Assembly: GCA_964019425.1 (NCBI GenBank)
Contig: OZ025786.1
Location: 124,001 to 188,000, forward strand
Source: Flectonema sp. DT1601
Taxonomy: Eukaryota
DNA length: 64,000 nucleotides
Reading direction: 5' to 3'
Shown here: positions 33,303 to 43,398 of the stretch, in pieces
How positions within the stretch are numbered: the first letter of the stretch is position 1
Layout: the number at the start of each line of letters is the position of its first letter
Notes under the pieces: model-generated
Database searches by the model: none
The model's input: the letters and a program-made list of their open reading frames with translations, nothing else
What the model was told of the DNA's origin: nothing
Translations under genes and position numbers: made by a program

Positions 33303-34829
33303 TTTTTTTTTTTTTTTTTTTTGGTTACACTCGTCTGTGCTTCCAGACTCTTTGTTTTTGTTCTTTTCACTTCTTTGTTTTGTCTTTCTTTTATACTTTC
33401 TTTTGATTTAAGTCTGACAAATTGGAAAACACGGGAAACGTAGGTAGGCTCCGCCTGAGGACGTAAGAAGAGCGGCAACGGAAAAATAAATGGTCACGCG
33501 TCCTTGAAATTGGACACATGAAGCTAATTCGGTTGCCATTCCTACCATCGATAAGGAAAACAAAGAATCGAGCATATAACTAGAGCGGTGGTCAAAGACC
33601 ACTTGAACAGCCCGAAGGCCTGCCCTCAAGAGAAATTTATAAGGAGAATAGGAGAAGAAGGAGACAGGAGTGTTGGAAGAGACACTGCGACAACACTGAA
33701 GGTGATGTGCAGTTACCCAACCAGGAGATGATTGATAATGATGAAAATACTAAAATAATAACAAATTGATATTGGCGACTACATGTCACCTACTTTACTT
33801 CCAAAGTCTAAGGTTAGATGTTTGTTCCATCCACCTTATGATCAACGCGAGTGATGGAAGCCACGCCAAAGTGAAGAGAGCTTCAAGGTTAGGAATTTCG
33901 TTGGCAATAATAAGTTCTCGATCGCGATCCCACTTGCCGGTCAGTGTTGAGAAGCCCAGGATTTTGAACCTGGCAGAGTCGAGTTTGGGAGATTGACATC
34001 CCTGCAGCAGGTGAACCTGTGAGGACGGTTCGCCACAAAATGGGCAGTCGATCGTCTTGCGCCAGTTCTGAATTAGCGGGTGACATCCTGTCCGGAAGTT
34101 CGCTATCCGTATCTCGTCGGCTCTTTCCATCCCAGGAGGGTATTTAACTGAACGGCCTCTGATGAGGTGTTTGTAGCAGGTGTAACCACTCACGTTAAGC
34201 AGATCCTTCTTGATGCAGCGCTTAACATGTGATGATCGCGAGAAGTACGTGCCTTTGACTAGCACAGGTCGGATGTTCTTGTTGTGCGCTGCTTCCTTTG
34301 CAAGCGCGTCAACTTCATCGTGAAACTCGATTCCAATGTGCGAGGGGATGAATTGCAAATGCACTTTCATCTCACACATGCGCAGGTATTCCAGTATCTT
34401 GAGGGACTCGGAATTCTTCTGTCTGCATCTTCCACCCAGCAGTTCATCCAGAAGGGATTTTGAGTCCGTGAATATCCTCACAGATCTCATTGAGGGATCT
34501 TTGCTAAACACTGTTCTCAGATGTCTAGCCGCGTTCTTCAGAGCATGTTGTTCAGCCCTGTAGCTGCAGTCAGCTTGATAAAGCCTAGACGCGTAAGCAG
34601 ATCGAAGGCCGCTACGTGACTTGGCAATATGAGCCGCACCGGCCGCGCCGGAAGCAGAGTAGGAGCCATCGCAGTTGATTACCATGTCGACAGGAGGTAA
34701 CGTTCCAATGTACGACATGAATTTTTCTTTGTCCACCGCAGGGTTCGCGGACTTCGGAAATCCGCAGCCGTTGCTAATCCTAAGGTTTGTCGGAGATACC
34801 CAGGGTTCCATCGAGTCAGGCTGTACGTA
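33303..34829 (-). mobile_element. 5'-truncated ingi/I-group-like LINE (RNase H + C-terminal zinc knuckle) with poly(A) tail
   Basis: ORF 33795-34811: CDGS, SYRAEQHAL, IFTDSKS, FIPSHIGI...VDALAK, FRTG...CPFC...HLLQGC; poly-T at 33303-33322. Confidence 0.88.
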
Positions 34830-36345
34830 GTTTTTTTTTAATTTTCTTTCCTATATTCTTATTGCAGGAATTATCCTTGCAAGGAATTTCTCCTCAAAAA
34901 TCGTTATTTCACAAGATTCTTCTCCCACAAAAATAATTCCTGATCAAGGAAAAATTTTTACTGGGGGTTTCCTTTGGTGATCTGGTAAGGAATTATTATT
35001 GTGAGGAATTTTTTTTTTGGAAATTTTTTTTTCAGCAAAAATTCTTGAGTTCCTCACAAGAATTTCGGCACGAGGTATTAAGTTGCTCGACCTTCGCTGT
35101 TTTTTTCGATACGTGATTAGTCCGTTAGAGGACTGTCGGTGTGAAAGGAAAGAAAGTCGGAACGGTGGCCAAAGATTAGTGAGTTGACTGAGTTGGTCAG
35201 TTACCAGCATGGTAGCTAGCGGTTTCCTTATGATGTTAAATATCGTTATGATGATATAGTTGTATTTTACAAATCAAACTCAAACGCCCCCCTTCCTGGT
35301 GTTCGTCTTGGTGATTAATTCACAGTTGAATAACTCGATTCCGTACTGCACTGAATGACAACACGGAAAAAAGAGATGTGTATGCAGCTGAGAGGAATCG
35401 TAACTTCAAGTGCTTTTGCATTCTGAAGATTGCAATGGATGATATTTAAATCTGTCAGTGAGTATCAATTGGTGGGTAGACCACCGAAGTTACTGTGAAC
35501 AAACCAGCGTGTCCAAAGCAGGCGTTCGTCTTGTATTTTACGTATAAAATCCAACAGTTAACCCCCTTCAAGTTTTCAAGACAATATAATTATTAATTAA
35601 ATACTCATGGGTTTTATAAAAAACTGTTGCGGTTACATAAGCAAGTGGTGCTCAACTATGTTCACGTGGTATTTATTTATCTGCAGTCATTTACTACGCT
35701 GCCGCTGACAGTCAAGATTGTCAGAGAAATACCTGGTCAATTTGACTTGACATCATTTTTTCTCGCAATTTTAAAATAAAAACTTTCTCCTTTCTTTAGG
35801 CTATTACTACAAACTTTATTTTCAATCTCTCAAGACAAAAGCTTATGTGGGAACAATTAGACAGGAGCATGATATCCAAAAGTTACATGTCTGAAATCAT
35901 GGAGAATACATTCTTTCGGAGTTGCTTTAACCAGTAGAATCAGATGCGTGGTCCGTTCCGGTAGGACTCCCTTCTTACGAATGTGTGGTGCCTCGTGTTA
36001 GCGCTTTGGATAGTAATAACCATTGGCGGCGACTATGCACGGGGTGGCCAGTGGGTTTAATGAGGTTGTTGTGTAATCCCCTTCCATGGCTCTGTTTCGG
36101 CATGCTGGAAAGCGAAGCTCTGAAGTTTACTTCAGGTTAGTCTTGTAAGCCTATCCTTCCGGTTCAGTTCTCGGCTTGGTTGATTCCCTCGATCGTCCCA
36201 TCCAGGAGTTTGTGTGCATGGTGAGGCCCTCTGGAAACCCAGCCCAGCACAAGACACCAGGCTCACGGCGAAGATTGGACCCGAAAGTAACCTTGCGTTC
36301 TGTTCTGTTGGCAAGCTCTCTGGCTGAGTGCGTTCGAAGTGAGTG

Positions 36346-36960
36346 GAATTGCTAGTTTGTTGGGTTATGTTCGTAGCAGCTTCACGGTGACGGCGGCCTT
36401 ATTGAGAATTATCCCTGGTTGTTACATGTTACGTAATGATTGGGTTCTCAAGACTGGTTGCTTGCTAATGTGAATGCTGACGTTCGAACTGTTATTCGTA
36501 GCAGCTTCACGGTGACGGCGGCCTTATTGAGAATTATCCCTGGTTGTTACATGTTGAAAGTTGCAGGTTAACTGTGGCTGATGCACGTAATGGTTGGGTT
36601 CTCAAGACTGGTTGCTTGCTAATGTGAATGCTGACGTTCGAACTGTTATTCGTAGCAGCTTCACGGTGACGGCGGCCTTATTGAGAATTATCCCTGGTTG
36701 TTACATGTTGAAAGTTGCAGGTTAACTGTGGCTGATTCACGTAATGGTTGGGTTCTCAAGACTGGTTGCTTGCTAATGTGAATGCTGACGTTCGAACTGC
36801 CCCGACTTTCGAGTAGTTTCCTTTTCCGGCGTGTAACAATCCCGACTGACGAAAAAGGTTGGAGGAATTGCTAGTTTGTTGGGTTATATTCGTAGCAGCT
36901 TCACGGTGACGGCGGCCTTACTGAGAATTATCCCTGGTTGTTACGTGTTGAAAGTCACAG
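36346..36960. repeat. ~154-bp tandem repeat, four complete or partial copies
   Basis: TCGTAGCAGCTTCACGGTGACGGCGGCCTTA starts at 36371, 36496, 36650 and 36890. Confidence 0.9.
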
Positions 36961-37665
36961 GTTATAGCGTCAAAATAACACTCGCGTGGGTGGTTGCTCT
37001 CTTCGGAAAGCATAACTTCAGACCCGTCAATTCGCGGCGCTTATATCTACACACATTAATTAGTTGAACGAGTTCAAGTCACTTCCCTGCATAGCAGATC
37101 CGTGTCCTCTGTACTAACGCTATACTAAGTGTGACTGTGACTGATACACGTAATGGTTGGGTTCTTTAAGGAATAATCATCATCGTCCATATTGTGTAAT
37201 TAAGACTGAATAAACAAAGGGATAATAAAATTATAGTGAATCAATGAAATAAAACATAAACTACTGACGTCGGGGTAATGTTGCATCTTCAAGAGGTCAG
37301 AAACCCAAGACTTTGAAAAGCACCGAGGTAAGAGCGGTGCAACAAGCCAAAAACAACAGGTATACAATAAACGAACCTCAAGAAGAAACACCCAGGGTGG
37401 GATGGGTGGGAAATTCTTTTGTTTTAATATAAACAGAAAGAAGAGCAAAATTTGCTAAGGAAAGGAATTAAAATATAAGTTAAAAGTGTACCGATAAACT
37501 ATAACGTCTCAAACACAGCGCTAACCAGTGCAACGAGAGCTAATAAATTCGATAAGCCACTGCTGAACCAACATCTTAGGTGCAGAGTGCATTTTAGATA
37601 AGGAAGGACATTTTTCATTTTCCGTTCCGCTAGGACAGAAAAGTAATAAGTATAAATAAATTTTC

Positions 37666-38487
37666 TTTTTATTTATTTATTTATTTAGTCACATCCCCCC
37701 TGTCTTTCTACTTTGTTTTTATTCTTTCTGAGCATACTCGCTCTTCTTATTTTTTAACTAAGTAAATAAGCAACAACGAGTGCAACTGTTGTGAGTCCGT
37801 TGGAGGACTTCCCCGGATAGGAAGCTCACGACACTGTAAGTACAAAGCGAATGATCAATACGGAGACGGTGGCCAAAGACCACTGGGTTACCTGCGAGCT
37901 ATGAAGCTCTACGGATGTCCTCAGAGAGTTATTAGGAGATGAATTAGGAGTGATGTATGAGTATGATATACTAAAAAGATAGTAACTTCTGATAACAGCT
38001 TGTTGCCGTCCATTGTTCTAAATGCCATATGAAGCCAGCGAGGGAATGTAAGTTCCTCGTAGCGAACATAAATAGCAGGCTGTGTTCCTTCTTTGAAATC
38101 TTCGCTTCTTCCATGACAGATCCAATTGTTCCATTTCTGATGCGTACCAGAGCAGAGTTCATGCAGTTAAACATCAAGTGTCTAGGTGATGAGTCCGTCC
38201 GTTTACAAAAAGGGCACTTCAGTTGTACGCCTTTGTCTCTCAGCAAGGGGTGTGAACCCGTTCTGAATTGTGCAATTCTTACTTCCGAAGCCCTCAGCAT
38301 GTCTTTCGGATATCTAGCAGTTCTCAATCCTCCGGTCGCCTCCAGATACTGTCTGAGCATCACCCGTTTCATTGGAGGCTTTGCCTTCTCGGAGGCTTCC
38401 ATCATCTTTCCTATCAACTTCCTGTGAGACTCCCTCGCTACCCTTGATTTGTGGGCGAAGAAATCCATGGTCGTTGAGACCGGTTTA
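37666..38487 (-). mobile_element. Short 5'-truncated ingi-like LINE inserted into repeat A2
   Basis: ORF 37971-38468 (FRTGSHPLL...CPFC...HLMFNC); (TAAA)n/A tail; ~14-bp TSD ATAAATAAA(A)TTTTC. Confidence 0.88.
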
Positions 38488-38513
38488 ATAAATAAAATTT
38501 TCGACGTACCAGA

Positions 38514-38596
38514 GCCTGCATAGCCGAGTGGTTATGGTCGTCGACCTTAAATCGCTTACGTAGCCGTGGTCGGGGGTTCGATTCCTGGTCACGGCA
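38514..38596 (+). other. tRNA-like module (Leu/Ser type, long variable arm) in repeat A2
   Basis: A-box TAGCCGAGTGG, B-box GGTTCGATTCC, TTTTTT terminator; identical to 43316-43398. Confidence 0.72.
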
Positions 38597-38980
38597 GATT
38601 TTTTGGTATTTTTAACCAGAAAATTTTAAAGTAAAAACAAGTAAGAAAAAGAGCACAAAAGTGGACTTGGTGATCATTCCCTGAGTAAACTAAGAGAATA
38701 ATCATCATCGTCCATATTGTGTAATTAAGACTGAATAAACAAAGGGATAATAAAATTATAGTGAATCAATGAAATAAAACATAAACTACTGACGTCGGGG
38801 TAATGTTGCATCTTCAAGAGGTCAGAAACCCAAGACTTTGAAAAGCACCGAGGTAAGAGCGGTGCAACAAGCCAAAAACAACAGGTATACAATAAACGAA
38901 CCTCAAGAAGAAACACCCCAACGCCAGTCAAGAAATTGATAATAAAATATTAAAATTAAGAATATTAAAATTAAGTGTAC

Positions 38981-41818
38981 TTAAGTGCGGAAGAACAACC
39001 CCACCGCTTGTATGACTTGAGACCGGAGTTTTTCAGATGACAGCTGCCCATAGGAAGTCCTTGAAGGACCATCTGCAGGATTCAGAGCAGATCTAACATA
39101 TCTGATGTTGAAAACCAACTCTCTCATCGCAAGCCAATCAGAAACTGCGAGTACTAAGTCATTCAAGATTTTGTTTTTCTGACACTGTCTCTTTCTAACT
39201 GCCCCCATCACGGAAGTGTTGTCAACTCTTATATCCAACTGAAACCCTTGCAAATTCCAATCATTCAAAGCCAATAATGAGTTATGAAGAGCTTTCGCCT
39301 CAAGAATATTGATATGAAGACCTCTCTCTTTCCTCCATACATCGCCAACCACAGTCAACGCCCCTGATTGCTCAACAACTACACCTCCCCAACCTTCCAA
39401 AGAAGCGTCGACAAAGAGAGTCAAACACTTTGACACCGATAATTTTTTCTTAATAATCCTGATCCCTACTGCATCAGATAGCCAACGAGATAATTCCAAT
39501 CGAATAGAACGGGGAACAAGAACCGTCTCATCAAGACCAAGGAGACCTCGATTAATCTTGTTAATTACTCTTCTAATAAACTTCAGAGTAAACCAAAACC
39601 TACCAGGTGATATTCCAGAAACCGCCGATGCATGCATTAGCCTGCCCATCAACGACTCCAAACCACTGGCAGTAATCAAAGTCAAATCAACAGCAGCCAA
39701 TTTTCCTTGTAGTCTTTCAGACACTACAACAGATCTATCTTGGTGATTGAAACGCACACCTAAGAAATCATACTCTTCTGCCAAATTAAATGAATCTAAT
39801 TCCTTCCATGTTGATGAAGCCTTCTTTGCAATAAGATCGAGTTGAGCAGTTCTAATAGCTACATCCTTCCTCGAACCAGAATACCTGATGTTGTCGATCC
39901 AGGCATCGACTCTCACATCATGAACAGCTATGTCAGATCTAACATAGTCCGGATGACCCGCAATGGTAGCAGCCAATGTGTGCATAATTTCTGGTGCACA
40001 AGAATGACCCATTGGCAACCGAGTCAATTCGAAATACTGCCCATCGTCCGATCTAAAACCAAATAACTTGCGAGCATCATGAGGAATCTCGACCTGATAA
40101 AAACCAGTTCTGAAATCCCTTCCGCTTGCACAATCAAATAGAACTGAGTCGAGGTATTCTGAGATGTGTCCCAAGGGCACATCAGCAATGTAACCATCAT
40201 CAACCAGACGCTCGTTAGACTGCTTCGTCCAAAGAATAAACCTCTGACGTAATCCTGTTGCTTTCTGTTCAATTACAGTGAACGGAACATTTTCAACTAA
40301 ACCAGGCTTCGATGTCTTCTGTGCGATCCCATTCTCCACCAGTAAATCTGCATGAGTACGAGAAAATGAACTCTCCGGTCTAACCGTCTTTGAAAAATTC
40401 AGCACATGATCGAGTTCAGTATGGAAATCAAGTGTAGGAGCATGAGAAACAAGCGAATCAGTGGATCTGGTATTGTGGCAAACTTTATGTGGAAAAAATG
40501 TTAAATCCCATACAAACTCAAATCTTTTCAGTCGCTTTTGCGACATTCTTTCCTTTACAAACGAAATTAACATGGGTTCAATTTTGGTTACATGCAGGGG
40601 GGAATTCTTCTCCTCTAATGATCTTGGTAATACCGACCTCTTCGGTCGCCTACAAATATTGTGCTTTCTTACAACAATACTGTTATCTCGTCCGTCCTTA
40701 ACGCTCGAGCCATACACATCGGATCTCCTCCATACCGGATCGTCACCCCTGAGAACGGATCGTTCTTCGATGAATGCTTTAGTAGCCTTCCCATCACCAC
40801 CTCGTCGACCCTTCTTCCAGTTGACATGATACCCATGATATGAGAAATCGCGCCCCTCTTTATTGAATGCGCCGAATATTTTCCCATTACTGCATCCCTT
40901 CTCCACAACGCATCCAATCCCCTTGTTGAAACCTTTGTCAGACTTACAAAGTCCCCTAGAACCAGCAAACCCTGGGCTATCTCTGGAGTCAAAAAGCCTT
41001 TTATCACTACCCATCTCGATGGTTTGAAAGGATCTTCCCTCCGTCCCTTCGGAACATCCCACCAATCCACAATTATTTCCTCCACAGAAATGAAAACGAA
41101 ATTTCTTCTCCCCAGCTTCCATACCTCCCCCCATCTCGCCGCCGATTTCCATGCGATCAGTAAGCCCGTCTTCAGCTGAACATCTTGCTTCATTGCCCAC
41201 GCAATCAAAACAGAACGATTTATCGGTTCCGCCTGCTCCAACGGCACCGCAGCGCCGTCTGCCCTTAGCGCCGCCGCTAGCTGCTTCAATGTCTCGTTCT
41301 CCAATCCCATCCTCTTCAGCATGCCTGAGAACGCCTTTGCGTAGGCCAACATTCCTTGCTTCGATACCTTTGTCGCTGTCACAAACAACGCAACTGTATC
41401 CTGATTTACAGGGACATCGTTTCTCTCCACCCAAATTAGCAGACGGTCCCACAAGCATTGTCGACTTCTCATTGTGCTTTGCGCCCAGATCTTCCCGGCG
41501 ATTTGTTCCATCACCATTAACGAGTCGGTCAAATCCGACGTGTACTCTCTGTTCCGTACCCGCTGAATCTTCCTTACTTGATCCTCGATCTGGTTTTTCA
41601 TAAGGCTTCCAATCAATGTGGAAACCTCTGCTCCATCCGACTGCATGAGATTCTCCCTTATCTCCCAAATCCGTTCCGGAATAAGGGTCGACCCTTCTGA
41701 CACCGACTTTCCTAGGGAAACCTTTCCTGAACCTTTGATACCATGGAAATTCTGAAAACTTGCTGGACCAACGCGGACTAAACACCGCTTTACTTGCTCG
41801 GGGCTGGCCTCGGTTCAC
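38981..41818 (-). CDS. Pol frame: DIRS-type reverse transcriptase + RNase H, probably reached by -1 frameshift from gag
   Basis: RDFRTGFYQV, RLPMGHSCAP, WIDN, FLGV; RNase H FVDAS, HINILEA, VDNTSV, SALNPADGPSR; frame open from the end of gag. Confidence 0.92.
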   Translation of the reverse strand: MNRGQPRASKAVFSPRWSSKFSEFPWYQRFRKGFPRKVGVRRVDPYSGTDLGDKGESHAVGWSRGFHIDWKPYEKPDRGSSKEDSAGTEQRVHVGFDRLVNGDGTNRREDLGAKHNEKSTMLVGPSANLGGEKRCPCKSGYSCVVCDSDKGIEARNVGLRKGVLRHAEEDGIGERDIEAASGGAKGRRRCGAVGAGGTDKSFCFDCVGNEARCSAEDGLTDRMEIGGEMGGGMEAGEKKFRFHFCGGNNCGLVGCSEGTEGRSFQTIEMGSDKRLFDSRDSPGFAGSRGLCKSDKGFNKGIGCVVEKGCSNGKIFGAFNKEGRDFSYHGYHVNWKKGRRGGDGKATKAFIEERSVLRGDDPVWRRSDVYGSSVKDGRDNSIVVRKHNICRRPKRSVLPRSLEEKNSPLHVTKIEPMLISFVKERMSQKRLKRFEFVWDLTFFPHKVCHNTRSTDSLVSHAPTLDFHTELDHVLNFSKTVRPESSFSRTHADLLVENGIAQKTSKPGLVENVPFTVIEQKATGLRQRFILWTKQSNERLVDDGYIADVPLGHISEYLDSVLFDCASGRDFRTGFYQVEIPHDARKLFGFRSDDGQYFELTRLPMGHSCAPEIMHTLAATIAGHPDYVRSDIAVHDVRVDAWIDNIRYSGSRKDVAIRTAQLDLIAKKASSTWKELDSFNLAEEYDFLGVRFNHQDRSVVVSERLQGKLAAVDLTLITASGLESLMGRLMHASAVSGISPGRFWFTLKFIRRVINKINRGLLGLDETVLVPRSIRLELSRWLSDAVGIRIIKKKLSVSKCLTLFVDASLEGWGGVVVEQSGALTVVGDVWRKERGLHINILEAKALHNSLLALNDWNLQGFQLDIRVDNTSVMGAVRKRQCQKNKILNDLVLAVSDWLAMRELVFNIRYVRSALNPADGPSRTSYGQLSSEKLRSQVIQAVGLFFRT
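40669..41703 (-). CDS. Tyrosine recombinase
   Basis: WKSAARWGE (R), PKG (K), HSIKRG, LLKH and RY catalytic-type motifs; same frame as gag, nested inside the pol frame. Confidence 0.9.
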   Translation of the reverse strand: MSEGSTLIPERIWEIRENLMQSDGAEVSTLIGSLMKNQIEDQVRKIQRVRNREYTSDLTDSLMVMEQIAGKIWAQSTMRSRQCLWDRLLIWVERNDVPVNQDTVALFVTATKVSKQGMLAYAKAFSGMLKRMGLENETLKQLAAALRADGAAVPLEQAEPINRSVLIAWAMKQDVQLKTGLLIAWKSAARWGEVWKLGRRNFVFISVEEIIVDWWDVPKGRREDPFKPSRWVVIKGFLTPEIAQGLLVLGDFVSLTKVSTRGLDALWRRDAVMGKYSAHSIKRGAISHIMGIMSTGRRVDEVVMGRLLKHSSKNDPFSGVTIRYGGDPMCMARALRTDEITVLL

Positions 41819-43053
41819 TTTTGACCTTTGCCAGCCCCCCCAACGTTTCCCGAAAATCCCTTTGAATAACTGCTCTTAAATTTATTCTGCGGATTCCAAC
41901 TTCCTCTCCCCTTATCCCCTTTCCCATTCCACTCGTTCTTCAGCTTTTTCTCTGCATCTAACTCGGCTAGCTTCACTGCTTTATCAAACGTCTTTCCAGA
42001 CTTCACCAAGCGCTCGATATCATCTGAGCTTATTCTCTTAGTGGTATACTGCCACTTCATGATCAAGTTCTCTAGCGACTTGTTCATGCTCCTGACAAGG
42101 GGCTTTGAAGTGACCCAGTCTATAGTTGATACGCTCATGGCTTTGATGTTGTCTCGCACTACTTCAAATGCTCCCCTTAACTCTCTCAGTTCACGGGTTG
42201 CTACTTTGCCACTATGTGGTAACCAATATTTATTCTCCAACTTATCGAGTAATCTTTCCGCCCCTCCTTGTATCAGTATATTGCGCCACTGCAACACATT
42301 CGTTGCTTCTGACGCCAGCTCAAATTCGATGCAATCCACATTTTCCGGTGACAATTGGCATTTTACGCCGCCCTTGTTTTTTAACAATTCGTTTGTTTGT
42401 TGTATCTGCAACTGACATAATTGTTGATTTTGCGATAATAGTGCCATCATTTGTTGCATCATACTACTCTCTTGTTGTATTTGTGGCTGGGGTTGCGCAC
42501 CATGCATCTGTGGCTGGGGTTGCGCACCATGCATCTGTGGCGATAACAATGACGCCACCTGCGATTCCAAATTAGTTACCTTTTGGCACATGCCTAACAT
42601 CTTTTGTTCATTTTCTAGAACTAACCTTTTGGACCACTCATCCCAATACACATCCTTGCTTATCACATGGGCATATTCAAAGCCCGCATGTGGAAAGTCG
42701 AATGTTTCGTCCGGCCCCGTGTGTCGATACACACCCCTTAAAAGACTTGTCGAATTTGACAAGGTTACCCTCCCCATATTACCCACCATTGACAATAAGC
42801 CACAATACCAATTCCAACTTAATTCCCCTTCCTTCCTCATACAATATACTGCTTCTCTTCCAATCAAGGCCAACGAATTGTTCTTCATCATTTCTTCGGA
42901 CATTTTGGATTGGGGATCCCAAAACGTCCCTGCTTCCCCGATGGTGGCACGTGGTGATTGTGCTCTCACCGTCCTCAAATCCTCAAACAGAATTGAATCT
43001 AAATCCATCTCAGATTCTACATGCGGAATTTCCACAATTGGTGGTGTAGACAT
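41815..43053 (-). CDS. Gag-like ORF1 of the YR retrotransposon
   Basis: 412-aa ATG ORF directly after repeat A1; coiled-coil/Q-rich with a basic Gly-rich C-terminus; assigned by position. Confidence 0.8.
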   Translation of the reverse strand: MSTPPIVEIPHVESEMDLDSILFEDLRTVRAQSPRATIGEAGTFWDPQSKMSEEMMKNNSLALIGREAVYCMRKEGELSWNWYCGLLSMVGNMGRVTLSNSTSLLRGVYRHTGPDETFDFPHAGFEYAHVISKDVYWDEWSKRLVLENEQKMLGMCQKVTNLESQVASLLSPQMHGAQPQPQMHGAQPQPQIQQESSMMQQMMALLSQNQQLCQLQIQQTNELLKNKGGVKCQLSPENVDCIEFELASEATNVLQWRNILIQGGAERLLDKLENKYWLPHSGKVATRELRELRGAFEVVRDNIKAMSVSTIDWVTSKPLVRSMNKSLENLIMKWQYTTKRISSDDIERLVKSGKTFDKAVKLAELDAEKKLKNEWNGKGDKGRGSWNPQNKFKSSYSKGFSGNVGGAGKGQK

Positions 43054-43315
43054 TCTTTTGTTTTAATATAAACAGAAAGAAGAGCAAAATTTGCTAAGGA
43101 AAGGAATTAAAATATAAGTTAAAAGTGTACCGATAAACTATAACGTCTCAAACACAGCGCTAACCAGTGCAACGAGAGCTAATAAATTCGATAAGCCACT
43201 GCTGAACCAACATCTTAGGTGCAGAGTGCATTTTAGATAAGGAAGGACATTTTTCATTTTCCGTTCCGCTAGGACAGAAAAGTAATAAGTATAAATAAAT
43301 TTTCGACGTACCAGA

Positions 43316-43398
43316 GCCTGCATAGCCGAGTGGTTATGGTCGTCGACCTTAAATCGCTTACGTAGCCGTGGTCGGGGGTTCGATTCCTGGTCACGGCA
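43316..43398 (+). other. tRNA-like module in repeat A1, divergent from gag
   Basis: A-box TAGCCGAGTGG, B-box GGTTCGATTCC, T6 terminator; 5' end about 260 bp from the gag ATG, opposite strand. Confidence 0.72.

Noticed and set aside
37113..37130. Spliced-leader-like ACTAACGCTATACTAAGT
   Set aside because: Resembles the 5' half of a trypanosomatid SL exon but lacks the conserved CAGTTTCTGTACTTTATTG half and donor site; likely chance
43316..43398. Suppressor tRNA for the element's own gag stop
   Set aside because: The loop could read TTA or TAA but not TCA, the gag stop is TGA, and the acceptor and anticodon stems are poorly paired
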